From: a virus | Taxonomy: Duplodnaviria; Caudoviricetes | Strand: one strand, 5' to 3' | Virus record (IMG/VR): IMGVR_UViG_3300010429_001449 | DNA length: 64,000 nucleotides | Part shown: positions 7,314 through 14,739 of the stretch, in pieces | Layout: each line of letters begins with the position of its first letter | Position numbering within the stretch: the stretch's first letter is position 1 | Translations under genes and position numbers: made by a program | Notes under the pieces: model-generated | Seen by the model: only the letters and a program-made list of their open reading frames with translations | The model's database searches: none | What the model was told of the DNA's origin: nothing

Positions 7314-9418
7314 GCGTGAACCCCTACGTGATACTGTCCTCGCCTGCGAGCGTGAAGCTCTCCAATCTTCGACTGGTTCCACTTGCTCGTGCGGCTGAAG
7401 TAGCCGACGATACGCGACATTCCGTCAACTTCTGTGCAACCACAAAACAGGCACTTCTCGTGGACGCCCACAGACTTACGATGACAGGAGTGGCAGATCG
7501 TGAACTCAGGCGAGATGGTTAGTTGCGCGGTGTTGGTTTTGGCTAACGTCAGATCAACTAGGCGATAGAGACTCTGCGCATCGGGAAGTTTCTCACCAAC
7601 GAAGGCGTGGGTGATTGCGCCCGCGTCGATCATGCCGTGGAACTTGGCCTGCAGCTTGATGCGCGTTACGAGGTCCACGTCGGCGTCGGCGCGGACATGG
7701 ACACTGTTGGTGTAATAGATATCGTCGTTCTCCAGACTGCCGCGTACAACGGACTTGGCCTCCTGGTAACGCGCAACATCCAGCTTGGCGAGCCGCCGAG
7801 TAGCGCTTTCCGCCGGGGATTCCTCTAATGAAAATCCGTAGCCGGTAGCTGCGGTCTCCTTGACACACCGATCCTGCATGTGGGACACGATGTCCAGACC
7901 GAGCATCAGTGCCTCGTTGGACTCGTGCAACTCCTTACCCGTGCAGTGTTTAACGCACTCGTTCAAACCGAGCAGCCCTACGATGTACGTAGCCTTCTTG
8001 AGATCGATGTAAGGCGATCCGTCCGGCGTCTCGCGGCCAACTTGCCAGAGCGGAAGACCCGCGCCCATCAAGGATTGGACGAAGTCGCGCTTGACGCTGT
8101 GCGCCTCGAACGCCAGCGACATGGCGGTATCGATGTGGTGATAAAGCGCTCCCACATCCCCTCCCGCCCGATACGCGGCCTGTGGGAGATTAATCGTGAC
8201 GTTCTGGAAGCCGCAGAAGCGCAGGCGTTCCGGGTGCTTGATCATCTCGATGTCGGTAATGATCGTTTTGAGACGGCAGCAGGCAGCCACGGTCATGGCG
8301 TTGCGGTCGAACACGAAGTACGGAGAGCCGTTCTCGCTGGCGACTTGGCAAGCGTATTCGAGCAGCTTGCGCTGTCTGGCCCGCTTGAACGTCATCTTGT
8401 CGATGTGAATGTCGCATTTCGGGAACGGGAAGATGTTGCCGTCGGCGTCGCCTTCGCGGTACACGTCGAGCAGGGCTTTAGCGAAGCGTTGTACCTCGCG
8501 CTCGTACTCGCCGTAGGTTTTGCCTGTCGGCTTGCCGCCCGGCCCTATAGCCGGAATATTGCGAAGATAAGAAGGGACGCCTAGATGGATGTTGAAGTCC
8601 AAGAAGAGCGTCTGGCCGCCCCGCGAGAAGGCGTTTTGGGAACAGGAGTAGATGAGGTACTGGGCTTCCTGCTTCACTTCCTTGTCGGAAAGGCCGACGA
8701 GGTAAGGGGCATAGAAGATGTTGAGGTAGGCCAACCCGAGCGCCCCGGCGTAGTAAGCCTGCATTGAGGCTAGGAAGGTGTTGAGGTGTCCTGTCAGAAC
8801 GCGGGCGTGTTTGGCGGGGGAACTGGCCGTGGCCAGGTTGTCCAGGCGCAGCCCAAACATCTTCAGCCATTCGAGCGAATGACCCGAGCAGTAGACGCGG
8901 ATGGGGTAGCCGAGATCGTGGAGATAGATACGTCCTTCGCGGTGGGCGTCTGCTATGTGTCGCGGGAAGACGCACTCAAGGGCGTACTGTTTGAAGATGA
9001 TCTCGTTGACCGTCTGCGCCACGGCTTCTGGACTGTTAGCAACGATGTTGCTGTTCTCTTTGTTGGGAGTGCGAATGATGTTGTCCAGGTCGTACTTCGG
9101 AATGCCTATGACGGTCTGCTGGCGCAACTGAGTCGTCAGGCCGCGCTCGAACAACTCGTTGTTGACCAGCGAACGAACGAGAGTCGTGTCTACACGGGCC
9201 ATACCACTTTTGATAATCCGTTCCTCCACGACGCGGGCGATATCAAAAGCGGTCTCGTGGGGCACTCCGGCTTCGCGGCTCAGGGCGTCTGCGATCTTGT
9301 CCCTATCCCAGGGATGGTACTCTTCCGCAGTTGCGCCGTTGACGAGAAGGGAAAGGTCTGTAGCGGACGTTTTGACACGGGTTTTACGGACGGTTATACC
9401 CGCAGCTTGTGGGTTCAT
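7310..9418 (-). CDS. nrdD: Anaerobic (class III) ribonucleoside-triphosphate reductase with ATP cone
   Basis: N-terminal ATP cone, IYLHDL, YCSGHS, FPFP, ACCRL, ESPAES, YYTNS, CxxC..CxxC, glycyl-radical RIVGY. Confidence 0.95.
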   Translation of the reverse strand: MNPQAAGITVRKTRVKTSATDLSLLVNGATAEEYHPWDRDKIADALSREAGVPHETAFDIARVVEERIIKSGMARVDTTLVRSLVNNELFERGLTTQLRQQTVIGIPKYDLDNIIRTPNKENSNIVANSPEAVAQTVNEIIFKQYALECVFPRHIADAHREGRIYLHDLGYPIRVYCSGHSLEWLKMFGLRLDNLATASSPAKHARVLTGHLNTFLASMQAYYAGALGLAYLNIFYAPYLVGLSDKEVKQEAQYLIYSCSQNAFSRGGQTLFLDFNIHLGVPSYLRNIPAIGPGGKPTGKTYGEYEREVQRFAKALLDVYREGDADGNIFPFPKCDIHIDKMTFKRARQRKLLEYACQVASENGSPYFVFDRNAMTVAACCRLKTIITDIEMIKHPERLRFCGFQNVTINLPQAAYRAGGDVGALYHHIDTAMSLAFEAHSVKRDFVQSLMGAGLPLWQVGRETPDGSPYIDLKKATYIVGLLGLNECVKHCTGKELHESNEALMLGLDIVSHMQDRCVKETAATGYGFSLEESPAESATRRLAKLDVARYQEAKSVVRGSLENDDIYYTNSVHVRADADVDLVTRIKLQAKFHGMIDAGAITHAFVGEKLPDAQSLYRLVDLTLAKTNTAQLTISPEFTICHSCHRKSVGVHEKCLFCGCTEVDGMSRIVGYFSRTSKWNQSKIGELHARRRGQYHVGVHA

Positions 9419-9476
9419 CGCGGCCTCCTATTTGTCCCGGTAAGCCATAAAAAGAAGTACGGTTCGGTAGATTTAT

Positions 9477-9505
9477 ACTATACAGCCACGATGTCAAAAA
9501 GTCAA
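9477..9505 (-). promoter_or_regulatory. Putative promoter of nrdD
   Basis: TTGACT-N17-TATAGT. Confidence 0.55.
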
Positions 9506-9813
9506 GCGACGCTCTCAGAATTCGCTTGCTGTCGCTCCAATTCTTCCGGCGTTATTCCCATGAAGGTGGATAGAGACACGAGCATACGGGTCTTATGGAT
9601 AGTTTCCACGGCGATAGCGGTCTCGAACCACAGACGGCCACGGTAAAGAATGGTCGGCATTCGAGCGAAGTACCGGCACTTCGGGCAGACGACAAGAGAG
9701 TCGTCGCCCAAGCGATCTGCAATGTTGGCGACCAATTCTTCCTGGCACATTTTGCAGAAAGCGCCCGTGCGCCGGAAAGAAGTCAGGTTGCCGGAATACA
9801 AGGCGTACGGCAT
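9502..9813 (-). CDS. Hypothetical Zn-finger protein
   Basis: CKMC...CPKC; TAATG coupling with upstream gene. Confidence 0.7.
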   Translation of the reverse strand: MPYALYSGNLTSFRRTGAFCKMCQEELVANIADRLGDDSLVVCPKCRYFARMPTILYRGRLWFETAIAVETIHKTRMLVSLSTFMGITPEELERQQANSESVA

Positions 9814-10307
9814 TAGCCAGCCTCCTGCAAGGCGATGCGAAGAAGTTCTTCGGGCGGCGCGTCAGGATGCTCCGCCTTAACCCTGGCAGCCACGTTCTCC
9901 GCTTCCCTAGTCGCAAACCCCATCTTTTTCAGCGCCGCCACGATGTCAGCAGGCGCTTCCGGGGCCGCTGGCGGGCCTACAGGCGTAGAAACGTTGTTAG
10001 AGGTGTCAGAAGCCCTCTTCGAGGGCTTTCGCTCCCTGGCGGGTCGTTGCGCGGCGTTGTTCACGGCTTTCAGCGAGTCGCAACCGCACTGGAAGCACAG
10101 ATACTGCTTAATGGGGACGCCCTGTTCGAGAGAAAGCCAGCAACCGTCGGGCTGTCCCCAGCCACAGTTCGTGCAAACGCACCGCACCGAGTACTTTTCA
10201 GGTTGAAGGGGCACGTGGTGTTCTCTCTGGATCGGCGGGGGTGTCCGACTTCGATCCAACACCCACGCGGCAGTGAATGCACTCAAGATTTTTTGGATCG
10301 GATTCAA
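9813..10307 (-). CDS. Zn-finger protein with C-terminal RuvA domain III-like module
   Basis: CTNC...CFQC; C-term DIVAALKKMGF..REAENVAARV....EELLRIALQ resembles RuvA_C; GGAGG before TTG. Confidence 0.7.
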   Translation of the reverse strand: MNPIQKILSAFTAAWVLDRSRTPPPIQREHHVPLQPEKYSVRCVCTNCGWGQPDGCWLSLEQGVPIKQYLCFQCGCDSLKAVNNAAQRPARERKPSKRASDTSNNVSTPVGPPAAPEAPADIVAALKKMGFATREAENVAARVKAEHPDAPPEELLRIALQEAG

Positions 10308-10401
10308 CGGGTTCCTCCCACGGATACGCCCACAGCTTGCGCCCGCACTTGCGGCACTTCCCTACGACAACCATCTCGTCCCAAGCATCAAATGCCGCCA
10401 T
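10198..10401 (-). CDS. Small Zn-finger protein (overlaps next gene)
   Basis: CRKC...CIHC; AAGGAG RBS right at the upstream stop. Confidence 0.5.
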   Translation of the reverse strand: MAAFDAWDEMVVVGKCRKCGRKLWAYPWEEPVESDPKNLECIHCRVGVGSKSDTPADPERTPRAPST

Positions 10402-10402
10402 A

Positions 10403-10714
10403 TCACTCTCCTTGCGCGTCGGGAGTAACCACGCCGAGACGGTCGTTGACCGCTTCCACCTTGTCCATATCTACCGTCCGAACCCGGCGCTTGCGGGATA
10501 CGCCGCCAACCACCGTCTTCAATTGCACAAGACGGTTGTTACGCCGCCCGCTGAGCCGCCAGACGGGTTCTCCGGAAAACCGGTCGTCCGGGATGATCTC
10601 GATTGCCGTGACCGTACGCCCGCGACAATCCGAAAGATTCTCTCTGATGTTGATGATGCCACCGTCAACTTCAATGTGCGTCCAACCCAACACGTTTTTC
10701 GAGACCTTAGCCAT
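10403..10714 (-). CDS. Hypothetical protein (cassette gene)
   Basis: ATG after GGAGG of repeat 11. Confidence 0.8.
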   Translation of the reverse strand: MAKVSKNVLGWTHIEVDGGIINIRENLSDCRGRTVTAIEIIPDDRFSGEPVWRLSGRRNNRLVQLKTVVGGVSRKRRVRTVDMDKVEAVNDRLGVVTPDAQGE

Positions 10715-10722
10715 GTCCGTAT

Positions 10723-10781
10723 CCTCCGTAAAAAAGGTTTCTGTCCTACTGTTATTATAACAGCAGGACAGCGTATGTCAA
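10723..10781 (-). promoter_or_regulatory. Cassette promoter/leader copy 11
   Basis: CTGTCCTACTGTTAT-T-ATAACAGCAGGACAG; TTGACA-N16-TATAAT. Confidence 0.9.
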
Positions 10782-10803
10782 GAGAGTTAACAGAGAAAGA
10801 AGC

Positions 10804-11184
10804 TTATCCAGCCGCCTTGATCAACCGCTGGATTTTCGGCGTGACGCATTCCGGCGCGGCGTCCGCCCACTCGATCACGTCATCTAGCGTAACGGTGTCA
10901 GTGCCGGGAACCGTGTAGTCCCAGCCCGCACTTTTGCACATGCGCTTGCACAGGGCAATAATACGGTCCTCTCGATCCAACCACGGCACATTGCCGTATT
11001 GGTCATCCGTCATTATCGCCACCGTATGTCCGGACGATTGGACCTCCCGGATTTCGTAGGTGCGATTCTTTAACACTCTCTCCCACACATGCACCGTCAG
11101 GTTGTTCAGCTTGCCCAGTTCAAACAAACGGGCCGCCGCATTGCTCTGCTGGCGAAATGCTATCGCTGCAAAATCTGTAGACAC
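10804..11184 (-). CDS. Hypothetical protein (cassette gene)
   Basis: GTG 11184 after GGAGG of repeat 12. Confidence 0.75.
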   Translation of the reverse strand: MSTDFAAIAFRQQSNAAARLFELGKLNNLTVHVWERVLKNRTYEIREVQSSGHTVAIMTDDQYGNVPWLDREDRIIALCKRMCKSAGWDYTVPGTDTVTLDDVIEWADAAPECVTPKIQRLIKAAG

Positions 11185-11192
11185 GTTCGTAT

Positions 11193-11246
11193 CCTCCGAA
11201 AAAGGTTTCTCTACCTTTATTATAACAGCGGAAACATCTATGTCAA
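11193..11246 (-). promoter_or_regulatory. Cassette promoter/leader copy 12
   Basis: TTGACA-N16-TATAAT-AAAGGTAG...CCTTTTTCGGAGG. Confidence 0.9.
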
Positions 11247-11254
11247 GACGCATT

Positions 11255-11287
11255 AAAAGAAAAGGGGCCGGGATTTCTCCCGGCCCC
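11255..11287 (-). terminator. Intrinsic terminator
   Basis: GGGGCCGGGA-GAAA-TCCCGGCCCC then TTTTCTTTT. Confidence 0.9.
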
Positions 11288-11301
11288 AATCAGGACGGCG
11301 G

Positions 11302-11883
11302 TTAGGCCGCTTTGCGAGCGGCGGCGTTGATGACTTTTTCGCCGAAGGCGGCGACGAAGGCGGCCCGCAGCTTGGGATCGTTGTGGTACGGATCGCCCTT
11401 CGTAGGCTTGCCCAAGAAGCTGCCGAGCAGAAACATATCGCCAGCGGCGAGACACTTGCCGATTTCCTCTTTGATCCACTTGTCGCGGAGCAGAGCTTCC
11501 CACACCGCGCCGCTCACGTCCTCGAAGTGGCGCTCCGCGACTTGATGAAGGTTGTAGCCGTCCTTGCAGTAGCCGCCCGCCTTGTCTTTGGCGTCCAGGT
11601 GGTCGGGACCGGCTAAATCGGGCGGAACGAACTTGCCGGGATCGGAGTAATCACCGGATATGACGATTTGATCCCCAGCCCAACTGCCGACGACCGGAAG
11701 ATCGTCGACGCCCATAAGATCACCGCCGCCGCGCCCGTTGCCGTCCGCCAGAAGAATGGCGAGACCGAGCATAGTGGCGTTGCCGCTGGAACCGAACTCC
11801 AGCAACTTCAAGCCGTCGCTGAACTTGTGCGGATGAATGAACTGACGCTTGGTCACGTTCACCGGAAAGTAGTACTGACCCAT
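11302..11883 (-). CDS. Conserved phage protein (MGQYY...GSWAGD family)
   Basis: MGQYYFPVN.TK..FIHPH..GLKL.E and GxWAGD motifs; after repeat 13 RBS. Confidence 0.85.
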   Translation of the reverse strand: MGQYYFPVNVTKRQFIHPHKFSDGLKLLEFGSSGNATMLGLAILLADGNGRGGGDLMGVDDLPVVGSWAGDQIVISGDYSDPGKFVPPDLAGPDHLDAKDKAGGYCKDGYNLHQVAERHFEDVSGAVWEALLRDKWIKEEIGKCLAAGDMFLLGSFLGKPTKGDPYHNDPKLRAAFVAAFGEKVINAAARKAA

Positions 11884-11891
11884 CGTTCTGA

Positions 11892-11958
11892 CCTCCACAA
11901 AAGGGAAAAGGTTTGTTCTGTCCTACCTTTATTATAACAGCAGGACAGCCAATGTCAA
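11892..11958 (-). promoter_or_regulatory. Cassette promoter/leader copy 13
   Basis: TTGACA-N16-TATAAT; leader with a small CCTTTT duplication. Confidence 0.9.
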
Positions 11959-11962
11959 GGGA

Positions 11963-12316
11963 TCAACTGGCCGCAAGGCCGAAAAAGACGAAAGGCTTTC
12001 CGCCCTTCTTGGCAAGCTGTTCCAGCAGCCAGCGGGATGTTCCGCAACCGGCTTCCGCGAGCTTCTTGATGCGCGGCACGGAAAGAGGAATGCAGCCGCA
12101 CTCTCCCCACTTATCGAAATCGAAGCCGTGCCTCTCCGCATACTCGAAGGGGTCTTCGCCCGCCGGAACGCGCACGATAGTAAAGCCGTCCGTCGTACTG
12201 ATCGTGCCGTTGTAAAGATCATGCCCGTAATCGTACACAGCGGCACGAACAGCAGCCTTGTAAGCGGCCTCTGCCGTCTTACCCACAGCAGCTTGAACGA
12301 ACTTCTCAGCACCCAT
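11963..12316 (-). CDS. Conserved small phage protein (MGA...YGHxxYNGTIST)
   Basis: ATG after repeat 14 RBS; ends FVFFGLAAS. Confidence 0.85.
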   Translation of the reverse strand: MGAEKFVQAAVGKTAEAAYKAAVRAAVYDYGHDLYNGTISTTDGFTIVRVPAGEDPFEYAERHGFDFDKWGECGCIPLSVPRIKKLAEAGCGTSRWLLEQLAKKGGKPFVFFGLAAS

Positions 12317-12323
12317 CTTTGTT

Positions 12324-12383
12324 CTCCACAAAAAGGTTTGTTCTGTCCTACCTTTATTATAACAGCAGGACAGGCTATGTCAA
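12324..12383 (-). promoter_or_regulatory. Cassette promoter/leader copy 14
   Basis: TTGACA-N16-TATAAT, palindrome, leader. Confidence 0.9.
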
Positions 12384-12390
12384 GAGCAGG

Positions 12391-12422
12391 AAACGAAAAG
12401 GGCCGGGATTTCTCCCGGCCCT
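12391..12422 (-). terminator. Intrinsic terminator (same core as 11255..11287)
   Basis: GGGCCGGGA-GAAA-TCCCGGCCC then TTTTCGTTT. Confidence 0.9.
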
Positions 12423-12428
12423 GGTTGA

Positions 12429-12902
12429 CTACTCGACGCGGGCGGCGACGAGTTTCTTCTGTTCCTTGATCTTGCCGTTGACCCACTTGGCGAAAGCGGG
12501 GCCGTCGCCCTTGAACAGCACCTTCTTACCGGACTCCATGACGGTGACAGTGACGGTGCGAGATACAACGCCACCCGGCTCTCCACAGTACGATCCTCTG
12601 TTGATGACGTACTGGTAGGACGTGTCTTTCCAGTCCTTCTTGGGCCAACGGCCTTCGACGTAAACGTTGCCGACGCAGTCCTTGAGCCGCGCCACAAGCT
12701 GCGCCGCCAAACAGCCCATGCCGTTGGCGACCTTGCCCAACCGGTCACTGTCGCCGCTGCCAAGTCCGTTGATGATCTGCACCTTCCCCAGCAACGCGGC
12801 AAGGTCTTCGCCGTGCCTTTCGGGATTACCGTCAAACTGACGGTAGAGCGTCATCACGTGCCGCTTGCCGTCCATCACAACTGTCAGTGATCGCGTTCCC
12901 AT
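12429..12902 (-). CDS. Conserved phage protein (MGTRS...YxxxDGxP family)
   Basis: MGTRSLT..YRQFDGNP...ANGMGCLAAQLVA; ATG 12902 after repeat 15 RBS. Confidence 0.85.
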   Translation of the reverse strand: MGTRSLTVVMDGKRHVMTLYRQFDGNPERHGEDLAALLGKVQIINGLGSGDSDRLGKVANGMGCLAAQLVARLKDCVGNVYVEGRWPKKDWKDTSYQYVINRGSYCGEPGGVVSRTVTVTVMESGKKVLFKGDGPAFAKWVNGKIKEQKKLVAARVE

Positions 12903-12910
12903 CTTTACGA

Positions 12911-13009
12911 CCTCCACAAAAAGGTTTGTTTTGTCCATCCGTCCTACCTCTATTATAACAGCAGGACGGCCTATGTCAAGTATTATAACAGCGAAACCGC
13001 CGTTGTCAA
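12911..13009 (-). promoter_or_regulatory. Cassette promoter/leader copy 15 with a second tandem promoter
   Basis: Two consecutive TTGACA-N16-TATAAT units (13009-12982 and 12979-12952). Confidence 0.9.
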
Positions 13010-13018
13010 TACAGAAAA

Positions 13019-13105
13019 TGGTAGGGATGGGGGGATTCGCACCCCCAAGGGCATTGCGCCCACGGCGTCTTAAGCGCCGTGCGTTTGCTGTTTCGCCACA
13101 TCCCC
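13019..13105 (-). tRNA. trnL: tRNA-Leu(UAA)
   Basis: Cloverleaf with long variable arm, CT-TAA-GA loop, encoded CCA; non-canonical A18/G55. Confidence 0.85.
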
Positions 13106-13450
13106 AGCGGACGCCAGCGGCGCGAACTTTAAGTCCGGTATGAGACCTTTGGCCGCGTGATAGGCGAACGACATAAGTTCCGGAGGCATGTCTTCGCCTG
13201 GATGCCCCGTGTTGATGATATCGAAACCAAACCCGCGCACGAGATAAACGAAGCGGCGCGTTTCCTCGGCGGTCAACCACTCGGTCTTCTCGTCGAACGC
13301 GACCATGATCCGTGCGCCCTTGTCCACAGAGGAGGCTTGATAGTCCCTCCACAGGTCAAGGAGCCACTGTCGATGCTTTTTGGAGAGCTTAGGACGGAGT
13401 TCGTCCAGCATCTCGGCGTAACGCTTGGCAGTATGCTTTGGTTCGTGCAT
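13070..13450 (-). CDS. Hypothetical protein; 3' end runs into tRNA-Leu
   Basis: 126-aa ORF filling the gap; stop codon is the tRNA anticodon. Confidence 0.55.
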   Translation of the reverse strand: MHEPKHTAKRYAEMLDELRPKLSKKHRQWLLDLWRDYQASSVDKGARIMVAFDEKTEWLTAEETRRFVYLVRGFGFDIINTGHPGEDMPPELMSFAYHAAKGLIPDLKFAPLASAGDVAKQQTHGA

Positions 13451-13527
13451 GTGAAAGACGGGGGCGCGGACAGCCGTCGGGTAGGTCTCGGGAATGACTT
13501 GTTAACTTTTGCCCGCGCCCCACGAAA

Positions 13528-14067
13528 CTAAACTGACGCTTCTATCGCGTCGCTGCACTTGGGCGAAGAAGGCGGCGGCTCTGGCGGTTCTGCCGGAGGC
13601 AACTCCGCGAGGGGCACTACGGCTGGCGCGGGCTTCGGCTCTTCCAGGCCAACAACCACGCCGCTGACAGAGAACACGGCGGCGGGCTGCGATAAGACGA
13701 ACTTGGGGTCTTTCCGCGCCGCTTTGATCTCCTCGGCGAGCACGGCGCGAGGATCGGTCGTTTGATAAAACTTGGGGTTGACGCTGTACTCGACGTTGAA
13801 TGTCAGTGTGAGACGAAGAGGCACTCCGCCGCCGTCCTCCGTGACGCGAGTGATAATCGCTTCCGGAACGAGACTGGCAATGGGGAGCGAGAGCGCCTGA
13901 ACAAACTGGCCCTGGATACTGAGAGGCCGTTCCAATGCCACGATGCAAATGCCCTGCGACACCTGCTGCGGGTTCTGCGTGTGGATCGTTGCCGCCGCGC
14001 CGTGCCACGGCTGGTAAGGGTCGTTGATCGTAACCCTTGCGCCCATCTGAACTTGTTCTTGAAGCAT
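13528..14067 (-). CDS. Hypothetical protein with Pro-rich C-terminus
   Basis: AAAGGA RBS; 179 aa. Confidence 0.7.
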   Translation of the reverse strand: MLQEQVQMGARVTINDPYQPWHGAAATIHTQNPQQVSQGICIVALERPLSIQGQFVQALSLPIASLVPEAIITRVTEDGGGVPLRLTLTFNVEYSVNPKFYQTTDPRAVLAEEIKAARKDPKFVLSQPAAVFSVSGVVVGLEEPKPAPAVVPLAELPPAEPPEPPPSSPKCSDAIEASV

Positions 14068-14091
14068 AACGCATTCCTTTCTGTCGAGAAA

Positions 14092-14167
14092 TGGTACTCG
14101 CGCCGGGACTTGAACCCGGAATCTCCGGTTTAGGAAACCGACGCCTTGTCCGTTGGGCTACGCGAGT
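14092..14167 (-). tRNA. trnR: tRNA-Arg(CCU)
   Basis: ACTCGCG/CGCGAGT acceptor, TT-CCT-AA, TTCAAGT T-loop, CCA. Confidence 0.9.
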
Positions 14168-14179
14168 TTGGTAATCTTG

Positions 14180-14256
14180 TGGTACCCCGGACGGGATTCG
14201 GACCCGTAGTCTCGGCCTTGAGAGGGCCGCGTCTTAGCCAACTAGACCACCGGGGC
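14180..14256 (-). tRNA. trnE: tRNA-Glu(CUC)
   Basis: CT-CTC-AA loop, T-loop TCCGAAT, CCA. Confidence 0.9.
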
Positions 14257-14257
14257 A

Positions 14258-14545
14258 TCATGGATGTTGTCCATCGTACTTCGCCAAAAACTCGGTCAAC
14301 CAATCGGGCGGCATGTTCATCGTAGCCATGAACTCCTGTAAGTCCTTAACTTCAACACGCCGCGCCCGCCGCGAGCCACGCGGCAGGTAGTGAAACTTCA
14401 ACAGGCCGTTGTTTGTCCAGCCATGTACTGTCGGAATGGTCGTGCGGCAGATGTCGGCAACTTGACCCGTCGAAAGGATTCCGCGCCGCACCTGCCGAGT
14501 AAACCGCTTCAAACAATCCGTCGCTTCCGCACGTTCATTCGCCAT
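14258..14545 (-). CDS. Helix-turn-helix DNA-binding protein (excisionase/MerR-like)
   Basis: LSTGQVADICRTTIPTVHGW..GLLK...PRGS..RRV...DLQEF; GAGGAG RBS. Confidence 0.8.
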   Translation of the reverse strand: MANERAEATDCLKRFTRQVRRGILSTGQVADICRTTIPTVHGWTNNGLLKFHYLPRGSRRARRVEVKDLQEFMATMNMPPDWLTEFLAKYDGQHP

Positions 14546-14569
14546 AACAGCGTCTCCTCAACCTCGAAA

Positions 14570-14646
14570 TGGTAGGCCCGTCCGGCTACGATCCGGAAAC
14601 CTCCTGCTTGTAGGGCAGGCGCTCTAGCCAATTGAGCTACGGGCCT
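14570..14646 (-). tRNA. trnV: tRNA-Val(UAC), non-canonical (C33, A54/U58)
   Basis: CC-TAC-AA loop, T-loop ATCGTAG, CCA. Confidence 0.8.
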
Positions 14647-14648
14647 AC

Positions 14649-14723
14649 TGGAGAGCGCGGAGGGAATTCCACCCTCGTAAAACAGCTTTGCAGGCTGTTG
14701 CAATAGTGCTCTGCCACGCGCTC
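14649..14723 (-). tRNA. trnC: tRNA-Cys(GCA), non-canonical elbow
   Basis: CT-GCA-AA, U73 discriminator, CCA; D-loop AC and T-loop TGGAATT. Confidence 0.8.
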
Positions 14724-14739
14724 ATTATCACCGCAAGGA

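Noticed and set aside
1-13009. Repeat array as a CRISPR array or classical integron
   Set aside because: Intervals are whole ORFs of variable length, the repeats are promoters with RBS, attC RYYYAAC/GTTRRRY ends are not evident, and no cas1 or integrase is in the window.
12903-13352. N-terminal extension of ORF 12429..13352 and similar extensions of other cassette genes
   Set aside because: They run through promoters and tRNA-Leu; the RBS-supported starts lie downstream.
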